Shown in pieces: positions 41,139 through 50,765 of a DNA stretch of 64,000 nucleotides. The stretch is from Polyangiales bacterium (GTDB lineage Bacteria > Myxococcota_A > Polyangia > Polyangiales > Polyangiaceae), in assembly GCA_038231275.1 (NCBI GenBank), contig JBBRLQ010000021.1, positions 68,957 to 132,956 on the forward strand. Direction: 5' to 3'. Numbering within the stretch: the stretch's first letter is position 1; each line of letters begins with the position of its first letter. The notes under the pieces are model-generated. The model was not told where the DNA came from. It worked only from the letters and a program-made list of their open reading frames with translations, and did no database searches. Position numbers and translations under genes: made by a program.

Positions 41139-43552
41139 GGCTTCGGCACCACGTTGGGGGGCTGCGCCGTCGCGAGCGCGATGACCGGATAGCCCTTGTC
41201 GAGCGGCTTCCACAGATCGTGATCGTAGGAGACGCCGTCCCAGGAGAAGATCGTGTGCTCGATACGGTTGCAGCCGAAGATGTAACAGATCTCCGCGTAG
41301 GCCTTCACGTCGCCCTTGAGGAGAGTCAGGCTGAGGTGGGCGTTGTTCGTGAGGTGCAAGGCGAGCGTCTCGGTCGGCACCCCCTCGTCGTCGTAGAACG
41401 TCTCGGTCTTGAGCTTCACGCCGGCGGTGAACGGCAGTCGAACCTCGGCCAGAGTGACGTTGCCCTCGATGCCCGCTTCGGCCCCGAGCCCGGCAAATTC
41501 GCCGCCGATGGCGCCCCACGCGCGGCCCGTCGCCCTCGCATACGGCGACAGCGTACCGCTCAGCGCGACCTCGGGCGACAGCGCGCAGAGGTCGGTGCTC
41601 TGCGGGGCCTTCGCCGTCACCGTCGCGTCGAAGCCGACCGCGAGCTCCGCGCTCGCCCCCACCGTCACGGGCACGAAGCCGACGAAGAGCGTCTGGCTGT
41701 AGCTCGGCCCGCCCGACGCGGGCGGCGGCGCGAGGTGGAAGTCTCCGACGGTCGTGTCGCCATAGACCGGCACGTCGAGGATCGTGAGCGAAGCGTCGGT
41801 GACGAGATCGGGGTTACCCGCTGCGCCGGCCGACGCGTGGATGCTCGCCGTGGCGACGCCGATCGACTGCTTCAGGATGTGGACGGTGACCCCGACGTCG
41901 CCCCAAAGCTCCGGCTGCATGTTGCACACGGGCTGCGCGTCGGTCGACGCATGATCCATGTGCACGCCCCAGCGCATTTGATAGTTGTATTCTGCACTGA
42001 ACCAATCGGGGTCCCCGAGGCCGTTGCTGCCGACCTTCGAGTCGCCGACGGTGCCTTTGTCGATCCAGGGCAGATCCTTCACGACCTTGGTGCGCTGGTC
42101 CTCGGCGTATCCGAGCCACACCTCGAGCGCGTCCCAGTCGCTGCGCGCGTCGGCGCGGGTGGCGGAGGCGTTCATCGTCGGGAACTGCGAGACGAAGTTG
42201 TCGCCGGTGTCGCGCATGCAATGGGTGAAGTCGGCCTCGCGCTTGACGTCGGCGAGGTGGAGGTACTTGACGAGCGACTTGGGCGACCAGTCGCAGGAGA
42301 TGCCCGCCGGATCGAGGCACCCGTGGTCGATGCTCCCGTCGCGCGGGCTCGTGTGGCGCCACTCGCGGACGAGCGCCAGCATGAGCGCGTCCGTGTAGAA
42401 GAAGAACTCGAGGGTCTCGGCGGTGATCGGCGGCCGGTAGTTGCCGGGGCACGCCGGATCGGGCGGGACGTCGGGCATGCGCAGGTGTCCGCACGAGTCG
42501 TAGCGGGAGGGGTGGAGGTACTGCTCCGCCTTCACACCGAGCTTCGTGAGCTCGCCCTGGAACCGCGCGAGCGCCTGGGTGAAGGAGATCGAGCGGAGCT
42601 CGATCTTGCGGTACTCGGCCAGCGTGAGCGCGAGCGGCGCTTGCATCTCGCGCATCTCGAGATCGTGCGCCACGCCGTCGACGAAGCTGTAGTCCTCGGC
42701 GAACCCCGCGGCGAAGGCGGTCATGAGGGCCGTCGTCTCGTCGAGGCCGTAGAACCGGGCCATTCGCTCGTTGAGCCCCTGCACGATCATCGACGCGAAG
42801 AACGGATTCTTCTTCACGGTCTGCGCGACCATGATCTCGCCGAGCTGAGGGCGGAACTGGAAGGGCAGCGGAGAGCGGGCGCCGTCGCGCGAAAACAATG
42901 TCGGCTTGTCCATCCCCGGCAAGCCGTCGCCCGCCATCGCGAAGAGCTCGCCGAGGCAGAGGTAGTCCGACTTGCAGCTCGCGGCCGCCTCTTCGAAGCG
43001 CGTGTAGTCGTAGTACTTGTCGAAGACGTAGTCCTCGCACGACGCGATGGTCGTCGTCGTCGGGTGGCGCGAGCCGAGCTCGGGGTGGCGGCCGACGATA
43101 TCGAGGCCCGCGAAGGTCCCTGGCAGGAGGGCGTTCTGCGCGATGCTGGCATACGAGAGATCCGTGTTCAGCGCGCCGGTGCGCGACAGGGACGAGTCGT
43201 CGAACGGCTCTTGCGCGGCGTCGATGAGGATTCCGGGGTGGCGCGGCATCGTCGCCGGCAAGATGACCTGGTCGAGGCTCGCGCACGTCTGCTGGTTGGG
43301 CCCGCACCCCTGGTCAGCGGCCCACTGCCCGTGAAACGAGTTGGCGACGACGTCGCGGCACGCCGTCTCGTTGATCCGCTTGCAAAAATTGAGCGGCGAG
43401 GCGCGCATCTCCTTTTGGCACTCGGTCAGCGTCGGCGCTGGACAGTGGCGCGGAGGACCGGGCGGCAGCGGCGGCCCGATCTGGGCGCTCGCGGCGGCGC
43501 TGGCCGAGAGGATCGCCGAGACGGCAAGACAAAACGCGACACGTCGAGACAT
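41135..43552 (-). CDS. Secreted Cys-containing protein with a long C-terminal amphipathic beta-sheet
   Basis: Signal peptide; C-terminal third made of long alternating strands (e.g. VPVTVGASAELAVGFDATVTA). Confidence 0.8.
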   Translation of the reverse strand: MSRRVAFCLAVSAILSASAAASAQIGPPLPPGPPRHCPAPTLTECQKEMRASPLNFCKRINETACRDVVANSFHGQWAADQGCGPNQQTCASLDQVILPATMPRHPGILIDAAQEPFDDSSLSRTGALNTDLSYASIAQNALLPGTFAGLDIVGRHPELGSRHPTTTTIASCEDYVFDKYYDYTRFEEAAASCKSDYLCLGELFAMAGDGLPGMDKPTLFSRDGARSPLPFQFRPQLGEIMVAQTVKKNPFFASMIVQGLNERMARFYGLDETTALMTAFAAGFAEDYSFVDGVAHDLEMREMQAPLALTLAEYRKIELRSISFTQALARFQGELTKLGVKAEQYLHPSRYDSCGHLRMPDVPPDPACPGNYRPPITAETLEFFFYTDALMLALVREWRHTSPRDGSIDHGCLDPAGISCDWSPKSLVKYLHLADVKREADFTHCMRDTGDNFVSQFPTMNASATRADARSDWDALEVWLGYAEDQRTKVVKDLPWIDKGTVGDSKVGSNGLGDPDWFSAEYNYQMRWGVHMDHASTDAQPVCNMQPELWGDVGVTVHILKQSIGVATASIHASAGAAGNPDLVTDASLTILDVPVYGDTTVGDFHLAPPPASGGPSYSQTLFVGFVPVTVGASAELAVGFDATVTAKAPQSTDLCALSPEVALSGTLSPYARATGRAWGAIGGEFAGLGAEAGIEGNVTLAEVRLPFTAGVKLKTETFYDDEGVPTETLALHLTNNAHLSLTLLKGDVKAYAEICYIFGCNRIEHTIFSWDGVSYDHDLWKPLDKGYPVIALATAQPPNVVPKP

Positions 43553-43631
43553 GGACGGCTCCTTCGTGAACGGAGCGGGCGCGAAGCGGGTCGGGCCCGC
43601 GCGCGCGCTCGCCGGGTGGGTGCAAGAGGGC

Positions 43632-43658
43632 TACGCGGCGACCCGCGCGAACCTGACA
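43632..43658 (-). promoter_or_regulatory. ECF-like promoter TGTCAG-N17-CGTA (43552/41138 operon)
   Basis: Fourth copy of the motif, correctly oriented upstream of ATG 43552. Confidence 0.7.
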
Positions 43659-43685
43659 TCTTGCGGCGCGCTGCGCGGCCGGAGG

Positions 43686-45008
43686 TTACTCCACGGCGTA
43701 CACGTGGACCGCGAACCCGGCGAACGCATCTTGGAACACGCCGGAGGTCACCGGCACCGTGCGCCCTTCGCCGAGCACGGTAACCTTCGACGCCGGGCCC
43801 CGCTGGACGGTGAAGCTTGCGGTGCCGGCCGTCGTGCCCATCGACACCGCGAGCACGTAGAGCGTCCCGCCGCGTCGCTTCACGAGCGCGTCCACTTTGC
43901 CTCCGCCGGTGACCGCGACCTTCACCGCGTTCGTGATCGGCGGCGTGTCGAGCGCCGGCGCCAGCTCGCGGATCTGCGCGTTGATCGCCGACACTGCGGA
44001 CTTCATCGCCGGATCGTCGAGCAGCGCGTGATCGTCCTCGGTCGGCGTGAACTGGTGCACGAAATATCCGATGCCCATCGACCCGTGCACGATCGACATC
44101 CAGACCTCGGCCTTCACTTGCTCGGGCGTCGGCTTGCCGTTCGCCTGGCCGATGCGCGTGCACTCGATCCAGTTGTAGACGGGCTTCTTGTGGTCGACCC
44201 ACTGCCCGAGGCGATCGACGCCGAGCGGTACGTCGAGGAGGTCGAGCCCGTCGTTCACCGGGTAGAGATCGAACGAGACGATGTCGGCGCCTTTGCAGTA
44301 GTCGGGGTAGTCGGCGATGCCCGAGCAGCTGCCGCGCCCGACGTAACCGGTGTTGCCGACGCCCTGGCCGAGGTTCAGAAAGATCGGGCGCGTCGTGTCG
44401 GACTTTTGCATCGCCGTGTACTTCGACTGGATGGTGGCGGCGGAGATGCACGGTCCGTAGCCGCCTTTGCCATCGGGTTGCGCGTTGTCGGGCTCGTCGG
44501 TCTGCGCCCAGCCGTCGAGCGTCTTGTTGGCGACGCCGAGGGTCGCGGCGCTCTGGTCGACCAGGACATGCAGGCCCGCTTGCGCGATCGTCGACAGATC
44601 CGCGGCGGTCGGCGTGTTCCACAGACCAACGTAGGTGTTGACGCCGATCGCGGCGTACTGCGCCGCGAGACTCGGGTCCTGGAGCCAGACGCCGATGGGG
44701 AAGAACGACGGGTCGGCCGGCGGCCCGTTCGTGAAGCGCGCGTAGTACGCGGAGCCTCCGGCCCACGGTCCGTACTCGTCGCCGTAGGCGTTCGCGGCGT
44801 CCGGCGTCGCGCTCGCGTCTGAGCCCCCATCTGCGCCCGGCGGCGACGCGTCGTCGCCTGGCAACGCACCCCGCGCGTCGGTGTCCGCGCTGGCGTCGGC
44901 GCGTGCACCGCCGGTTGGGCCGAGCGTCGTGTCGTCGCCGGCGGAGCATGCCGCGAGGAGTAGCAGCGACACGTAGATCGCAGCGGTAGCGCGGCTCGAG
45001 CGAATCAT
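43686..45008 (-). CDS. Glycoside hydrolase-like (TIM barrel) lipoprotein
   Basis: Lipobox LAAC; FFPIGVW, DEPDN, DIVSFDLYP, VHGSMGIGYF. Confidence 0.7.
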   Translation of the reverse strand: MIRSSRATAAIYVSLLLLAACSAGDDTTLGPTGGARADASADTDARGALPGDDASPPGADGGSDASATPDAANAYGDEYGPWAGGSAYYARFTNGPPADPSFFPIGVWLQDPSLAAQYAAIGVNTYVGLWNTPTAADLSTIAQAGLHVLVDQSAATLGVANKTLDGWAQTDEPDNAQPDGKGGYGPCISAATIQSKYTAMQKSDTTRPIFLNLGQGVGNTGYVGRGSCSGIADYPDYCKGADIVSFDLYPVNDGLDLLDVPLGVDRLGQWVDHKKPVYNWIECTRIGQANGKPTPEQVKAEVWMSIVHGSMGIGYFVHQFTPTEDDHALLDDPAMKSAVSAINAQIRELAPALDTPPITNAVKVAVTGGGKVDALVKRRGGTLYVLAVSMGTTAGTASFTVQRGPASKVTVLGEGRTVPVTSGVFQDAFAGFAVHVYAVE

Positions 45009-45021
45009 GACGCGATGGGGT

Positions 45022-45117
45022 GCAAGCGCAGCGCCCGCCCGCGGCCTCGCATTTCCGAGGATTTGTGCGAACGGCGGGGTGCTCGATCCCCCTCGCGCGA
45101 GGGGGATGGTTCCCCCT
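45022..45117 (-). promoter_or_regulatory. Sigma54-type promoter with two AGGGGGAT-N2-ATCCCCCT-like sites
   Basis: Minus-strand GGGCGCTGCGCTTGC (45022-45036); sites at 45076-45093 and 45100-45117. Confidence 0.7.
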
Positions 45118-45174
45118 GGGCCCACGCGGCGGCGGAAGCGCCCTCTTTACGCCCCGATGGTATGCTCCTCGGCC

Positions 45175-46113
45175 GTGGAGATCGCTCGCGACAGGACCGC
45201 GCACCTCCTGTCGGCGGGGATCACGGCGTTCGCGCTCACCTTCGCCGCGCCGGCCGTCGCCGCGCCCACCGACGAGGCCGACGCGCTCTTCGAAGAGGGC
45301 CGGCGCCTCATGGACGAGGGGAAGCTGCCGGACGCGTGCGCCAAGCTCGAACGGAGCTTTCAGCTCGCGCCGCGCCTCGGCACGATGCTGAACCTCGGCG
45401 CGTGCACCGAGCGGCGCGGTCAGCTCGCGCGCGCGATCGCCCTGTACGAGCGCGCGGCGACCCTCGCGCGCCAGACGGGCCGCGCCGATCGCGAGGCGGT
45501 GGCGCGCGAGTACGCCGCCGCGCTTGAGGCCAAGGTCGGCAAGCTCGTCGTCGTCCTCGAGGAGCCCGCCGCCGATCAGCTCACGCAGATCGACGGCGAG
45601 ACGATCTCCACGCGGGGGGGCCTCGTGCCGCTCGACCCCGGGCGGCGCCGCCTCGTCGCGCGCGCGGCCGGTCGCGCGCCGTTCGAGAAGGTGATCGACG
45701 TGACCGTCGGGGCGACGATCACCGTGAAAATTCCGAGGCTCGCCGCGCTGCCTCCGGCGGAGGACGCGCCTCGCGCGAGCAGCACGCGGACGTGGGTGGT
45801 CGCGTCCGGCGTCGCGCTCACGGTCGTCGGGGCGTCGGTCGGGACGTACTTCGGCCTCCGCGCGCGCTCGAAGCACGACGCGTACACCGCGCAGTGCGAC
45901 GCGCGCGGCTGCACGCCGGATGGACTGACGCTGAGCGAGGACGCGCGGACGGCGGGGAACGTCTCGACCGTCGCGTTCGCGGTCTCCGGCGCCGCCCTCG
46001 CGGGCACGATCGTCGCGCTCGTCCTCTTGCCGGGCCCCCACGCGCAGCCCGCGCGCGTGACGGCGCGCGTCGTGCCGTCGCTCGGCGGGCTATCGCTCGC
46101 GGGGAGCTTCTGA
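45175..46113 (+). CDS. TPR + PEGA-like envelope protein
   Basis: ADALFEEG...GTMLNLGAC; paralogue of 10618-11619; ends GSF. Confidence 0.8.
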   Translation: MEIARDRTAHLLSAGITAFALTFAAPAVAAPTDEADALFEEGRRLMDEGKLPDACAKLERSFQLAPRLGTMLNLGACTERRGQLARAIALYERAATLARQTGRADREAVAREYAAALEAKVGKLVVVLEEPAADQLTQIDGETISTRGGLVPLDPGRRRLVARAAGRAPFEKVIDVTVGATITVKIPRLAALPPAEDAPRASSTRTWVVASGVALTVVGASVGTYFGLRARSKHDAYTAQCDARGCTPDGLTLSEDARTAGNVSTVAFAVSGAALAGTIVALVLLPGPHAQPARVTARVVPSLGGLSLAGSF

Positions 46114-46115
46114 TC

Positions 46116-47468
46116 GTGGCGGCCGACAAGGACACCGAGACGGCGACGTCCGCGATCGGGCACTGGGTCTCTCCCGACGGCGCGGTCCTCGTCGTGCTCG
46201 ACGGCGACGCCGTGCAGCGCGAGGTCAAGATCCCCGGCCGCATCGGCGGCGTCCTCAAGATCGGCAAGGCGCCCGACAACCAGCTCGTTTTGCCGGACGC
46301 CACCGTCTCGCGTTACCACCTCGAGATCGTCCGCGGCGACCACGGCATCGTCGTACGCGATCTCGGGAGCCGCAACGGCACGTTCATCGGCGGCGCGCGC
46401 ATCAAGGAGGCGACCGTCGAGCCGGGCTCCCTCCTCAAGATCGGCGACGTGAGCCTGCTCGTGCGCGTGGACCTCGCCGGAGCCATCGTCCCGCCGAGCC
46501 CTCACACGCGCTTCGGCTACGCGCACGGCCGCAGCATGCTCATGCGCCGCCTCTTCGGCCTCCTCGAGCGCGTCGCGCCGAGCGAGGCGTCCGTGCTCCT
46601 CATCGGCGAGACGGGGACCGGCAAGGACATCCTCGCGCGTTCGCTCCACGACGCGAGCCCCCGCGCGCGCGGCCCCATGGAGGTCGTCGACTGCAGCGCC
46701 ATCGCCAGCGGTGTCATCGAGAGCGAGCTCTTCGGGCACGAGCGCGGCGCGTTCACCGGCGCCGTGAGCGAGCACGAGGGGGCGTTCGAGCGCGCGCGCG
46801 GCGGCACGGTCTTCCTCGACGAGATCGGTGAGCTGCCTCTCGACGTTCAGCCCAAGCTCCTCCGCGTCCTCGAGTCGCGTCAGATCCGCCGCGTGGGCGG
46901 CAAGAAGACGATCGACGTGGACGTCCGCATCGTGTCGGCGACCACCCGCGATCTCGCAGAAGAAGCGCGCGCCGGGCGGTTCCGACAAGACCTGTATTTT
47001 CGGCTCGCCGTCGTCGTCGCGCACGTGCCCGCGCTTCGCGAGCGGACGGAGGACGTCGACGTCATCGCCGAGCAGATGCTGACCGGCTTCGCGCCGGGGC
47101 TGACGCTCGATCCCCAGGCGCTCGCGCAGCTGCGCTCGTACGCATGGCCGGGCAACGCGCGCGAGCTGCGAAACGTGCTGGAGCGCGCGGCGATCCTCGC
47201 GCAGGCGTCCGGCGCGCGCTCGCTCCAGGGCTTCGACCTCGGGCAGCCCGCGCCGACCGGCGGACCGCTGCACGAGTTCGTGGAGGGCGAGTCGTACGGC
47301 GACGCGCGCGCCCGCGTGGAGCTCGCCTTCGAGCGCCAGTTCGTCACCTGGATCCTCGGCCTCCACCGCGGCAACATCGCAGCGGCCGCGCGCGCGGCGA
47401 AGATGGATCGAAAGTACCTGGGAGACCTCGCGCGCAAGCACGGCCTCTCGCCGACGGGCGGGCGCTGA
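46116..47468 (+). CDS. FHA-domain sigma54-dependent activator (bEBP)
   Basis: FHA motif SRYH...[32 protein letters not shown]. Confidence 0.95.
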   Translation: MAADKDTETATSAIGHWVSPDGAVLVVLDGDAVQREVKIPGRIGGVLKIGKAPDNQLVLPDATVSRYHLEIVRGDHGIVVRDLGSRNGTFIGGARIKEATVEPGSLLKIGDVSLLVRVDLAGAIVPPSPHTRFGYAHGRSMLMRRLFGLLERVAPSEASVLLIGETGTGKDILARSLHDASPRARGPMEVVDCSAIASGVIESELFGHERGAFTGAVSEHEGAFERARGGTVFLDEIGELPLDVQPKLLRVLESRQIRRVGGKKTIDVDVRIVSATTRDLAEEARAGRFRQDLYFRLAVVVAHVPALRERTEDVDVIAEQMLTGFAPGLTLDPQALAQLRSYAWPGNARELRNVLERAAILAQASGARSLQGFDLGQPAPTGGPLHEFVEGESYGDARARVELAFERQFVTWILGLHRGNIAAAARAAKMDRKYLGDLARKHGLSPTGGR

Positions 47469-47487
47469 TCCGCCCTCCCGCGACGGG

Positions 47488-48966
47488 CTAGACGAGGCCG
47501 GGCATCGGCCCCTTGAACCCGAGCCCCGGATCGTCGATCCCGAAGTGCGCGTCGGGGAAGCCGAAGGCGTTGAGGATCGACGTGAAGAGGTTGTGCGTGC
47601 CCGTCTTGGATTGGTAGGCGCGCGGATCGGCGGCGGTGTTGAAGTTGAGGTGCCGGCCCGTGCGGAACGCGCCGCCAGCCGACCCCGCCATGAGGAGCGG
47701 CATGTTGTTCTCGCTGTGGAACGAGCCGTTCGAGAACTCGCTCGTGTAGAGCATCAGCGTGTTGTCGAGCATCGTGCCGTTTCCCTCGGGCACGCTGTCG
47801 AGCCCCTCGAGCAGGCGCTGGAAGAGGCCGATGCACCAGCCACGGTTGGCGACCATCTCGTCGAGCCACTGCTGCTGCTTCGCGAACTGGGTGCCCTTCG
47901 CGCCGCAGTCGCTCGCGACGTGGTGCAGCGAGTGACCGATGTCGAACGCGACGTCGCCGAACGGCGTGGGCAGCCAGTGGGTGATGATGTCCGCGAGCTC
48001 CAACGTGGCGACTTGGGTGAGGCCGCACCGCATCGCCGCGAGGATGATGTCGACCATGATCGGGCCCACGTGCTCTGCGTCGGCGTCCTGCACCTTGTGA
48101 TCGACGTTGATCGGCGTGCACGTCACCGTCTGGAGCGTCTTGATGCGCCGCTCGAGCTCGCTCAGCTGCGTGAGGTGCGCGTCGACGACCTGACGGTCCT
48201 GCGATGAGATCTTCGGCTGAAGGGCCTTGTAGCCATCCATGACGCCCTCGAGGACGCTGACGCCCATCGCCTGACGCCGCACGAGCTCGGGGTTCGGCGT
48301 GCCGGAGCCGACGCCGCCGAGGTACGTGTCGAAGGCCTTGCCGGGGTTCGTCTCGGAGTTGACGGGGCTCGCAGGACCGGAGAAAAAGGGCGTTCCGTAC
48401 TGGTGCCCGTCGACCATCACGTTCATGGACGGGAAGGGGAGCGGGGTCTGCGCCGTGAGACGCTTGGCGAGCACCTGATCGAGCGACGGGCCCTGCGCGA
48501 GCACGATCTGGTTGCCGGCGGCGTCGGTCGACTCGGTGGCCTTCGCCGACGTCATGATCGTGCTGTTCGCCCAGCGGTGGTCGCCGAGGTACGGCGACTG
48601 GATCACGCCCGCCGCGTTGTCGACGCCGCTCAAGAGGAGCAGCTTGCTCTTGTGCGCCTCCAGCGCCGCGTGAATGGGACCGAGGACAAGCGTCTCGCCG
48701 GGATCCTTCGGGGCCCACAGATCGTGCCCTTGCTCGGGGCCCGTGCCGTCGAGCCGGTCGCCGAGCTTGTTGATCGGGTAGCGCTGCACGCTACTCGCGG
48801 TGCCGCCGTGGCGAAAGACGACGATGAAGCGCTTGGCGATGCTGGCGGTGTTCTGCGGGTTTCCCCACGAGTCGCCGTGCGTCGCCTCGAGGACCGGCAG
48901 CGCCAGCATGAACCCGCCCGCGGCCCGGAGGAACGCGCGACGCCCGAAGTTCGTCCCTCGCTTCAT
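47488..48966 (-). CDS. DUF1552 family Tat-exported protein
   Basis: GRRAFLR...ALPVLE Tat-like leader; SLDQVLA, DAHL...ELERR, GTMLDNTL. Confidence 0.88.
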   Translation of the reverse strand: MKRGTNFGRRAFLRAAGGFMLALPVLEATHGDSWGNPQNTASIAKRFIVVFRHGGTASSVQRYPINKLGDRLDGTGPEQGHDLWAPKDPGETLVLGPIHAALEAHKSKLLLLSGVDNAAGVIQSPYLGDHRWANSTIMTSAKATESTDAAGNQIVLAQGPSLDQVLAKRLTAQTPLPFPSMNVMVDGHQYGTPFFSGPASPVNSETNPGKAFDTYLGGVGSGTPNPELVRRQAMGVSVLEGVMDGYKALQPKISSQDRQVVDAHLTQLSELERRIKTLQTVTCTPINVDHKVQDADAEHVGPIMVDIILAAMRCGLTQVATLELADIITHWLPTPFGDVAFDIGHSLHHVASDCGAKGTQFAKQQQWLDEMVANRGWCIGLFQRLLEGLDSVPEGNGTMLDNTLMLYTSEFSNGSFHSENNMPLLMAGSAGGAFRTGRHLNFNTAADPRAYQSKTGTHNLFTSILNAFGFPDAHFGIDDPGLGFKGPMPGLV

Positions 48967-50645
48967 CACGGCGTTCCCTTTCGCATGTACTGGAAGGCGG
49001 GGCTGTCGATGAGGCCGACGAGCGCGTCGCGGAGGCTCCCCGACGCGGCGAGGCGGTCCTGCACGTACTTGAGCGACGTGGCCTCCTGCGCGCCGACGTC
49101 GCGCGCGAACGCGGCGCGCCAGGTGCGAGAAGCGATGCAGTCCTTCACCTGCCGGCTCGCGGCGAGCTTGGCGGAGAGAGCGACCGCCCCGTCGAGCGCG
49201 CCGGCGACGTCGCTGCCGAGCAGATCTCCCGCGGTGTCGATGTCGGCGGTGTACGTGACGCCAGCTGGCGAGACGCCCTTCTCCTTGTCCTGCCACTGCC
49301 CCAGCGCGTCGTAGTGCCCGAACGCGAAGCCGGTCGGGTTCAGCTTCTGGTGGCAGCTCGCGCAGACCGGATCGAGCATCGTTTTCGCATCGACGGTCTG
49401 GCGAATGGAGAGCGGCTTTCCGGACGGATCGGTCTCGCCGCCCTTGATCATGACGTCCATCGCGGCGGGCGGCGGCGGCGGGAAGGTCGTGCACATGAAC
49501 TCGCGCCACACCGCCGAGCCGCGGCGAATGGGGGAGGGGATGTCGGGGTTCGCGTAGACGAGCAGGAACGCCGCGCGCGTCGCGATGCCGGCGCGCTGGG
49601 CGGCGGGCAAGGTCACCCACGCCCACGTGTCTCCCTGCGGCGCGCCGTCTTTGACGCCGTAGAGCGCCGCGAGGGGGCCGTTGACGAACGCGTCGGTGGA
49701 AGTGAAGAGCGCGTCGACTTTTCCGCCCTGCTCCCAGACGCGCCCGACGAGCTCCTGGGTTTCGCGACGCACCGCCGCGCGCAACGCAGCGTTGTCGCCG
49801 GGAAAGCGGGCGGGATCCTTCACCGCCTCTTCGATCGACACGTGCCGCGCGGTCCCATCGAGCTCCATCCACGCCGTCATGAACTCGATGATCTTCGCGC
49901 GCGCGCGCGGATCGTCGAGCATGCGCTTGGCCTGCGCGCGAAGCCCGTCACCCTTCAGCTGCCGCTGCGCCGCCGCCGCGAAGAGCGCATCGTCGGGCAT
50001 CGAATCCCAGAGGAAGTACGACAAGCGGCTCGCGAGCTCGTACTGCGTCACGCTGAGGAGGCCGGGCGGGAGGCCGTCCGTCGCCTCTCCCTCCTCGTGC
50101 ACGTACACGACCTGCGGCGACTGGAGCATGACGCGCGCGAGGACGTCGAGGCTGTCGGCGAACGAGAACGTCGTCCGCGCGGTCTTGTAGATGCCGGTGA
50201 GCCAGGAGAGCTCGTCGGGCGTGACCGGATGACGGAACGCCTTCGTTCCGAAGTCAGTGATGAACTTCGTCGCGCAGTCGGCGGTGCCCGCTCCGGCGAC
50301 GTCGCACGTGGCGATCTTCTTGTGGGCGCCGAGCGCGGTGAGCTGCGTCGCGGCGTCGTCGAGCTTGCTCACCGTGAGGAGCGATGGGATTCCGCCGGCG
50401 TCGGTCGGGATCTTGATGCTCGCGACGTCGGCGTCGGTCAGGCCGAGGAGATCGCGCACGGTCCGGCGGTACTGCGTCGGCGTGAGCGGATGGAGCGCGG
50501 ACGGCGCCGCATCGAGCGTGACGCCCGCGGGGACCTCGGGGCCGCCCGGCACCTTCGGCGGCGGGCTCTGGCTCCCGCTCACGTCCTCTTGCGCCGACGT
50601 GCAGGCCACGAGCGCCGCGGCTCCCCAGACCAAGAGGCTCCTCAT
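48966..50645 (-). CDS. DUF1592/DUF1588-family lipoprotein with a CxxCH motif
   Basis: QYRRTVRDLLG, ELASRLSYFLW, SPIRRG, CASCH...NPTGFAF. Confidence 0.9.
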   Translation of the reverse strand: MRSLLVWGAAALVACTSAQEDVSGSQSPPPKVPGGPEVPAGVTLDAAPSALHPLTPTQYRRTVRDLLGLTDADVASIKIPTDAGGIPSLLTVSKLDDAATQLTALGAHKKIATCDVAGAGTADCATKFITDFGTKAFRHPVTPDELSWLTGIYKTARTTFSFADSLDVLARVMLQSPQVVYVHEEGEATDGLPPGLLSVTQYELASRLSYFLWDSMPDDALFAAAAQRQLKGDGLRAQAKRMLDDPRARAKIIEFMTAWMELDGTARHVSIEEAVKDPARFPGDNAALRAAVRRETQELVGRVWEQGGKVDALFTSTDAFVNGPLAALYGVKDGAPQGDTWAWVTLPAAQRAGIATRAAFLLVYANPDIPSPIRRGSAVWREFMCTTFPPPPPAAMDVMIKGGETDPSGKPLSIRQTVDAKTMLDPVCASCHQKLNPTGFAFGHYDALGQWQDKEKGVSPAGVTYTADIDTAGDLLGSDVAGALDGAVALSAKLAASRQVKDCIASRTWRAAFARDVGAQEATSLKYVQDRLAASGSLRDALVGLIDSPAFQYMRKGTP

Positions 50646-50658
50646 GTCCACGCAGTTT

Positions 50659-50754
50659 GCAAGGCGCGGTCCACGCGGGAACCGGGCGCCCAGATGCGAC
50701 ATTAGCGACAGGAGGGGGATCGATCCCCCTCCCCGAAGGGGGATGTGTACCCCT
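50659..50754 (-). promoter_or_regulatory. Sigma54-type promoter with two AGGGGGAT-N2-ATCCCCCT-like sites
   Basis: Minus-strand TGGACCGCGCCTTGC (50659-50673); perfect palindrome at 50713-50730 and a second site at 50737-50754. Confidence 0.78.
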
Positions 50755-50765
50755 CAACGGCGCAC

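Noticed and set aside
43621..43640. Sigma54 promoter for the 43552 gene
   Set aside because: TTGC is present but the -24 GG is missing; the ECF-like motif explains the region better.
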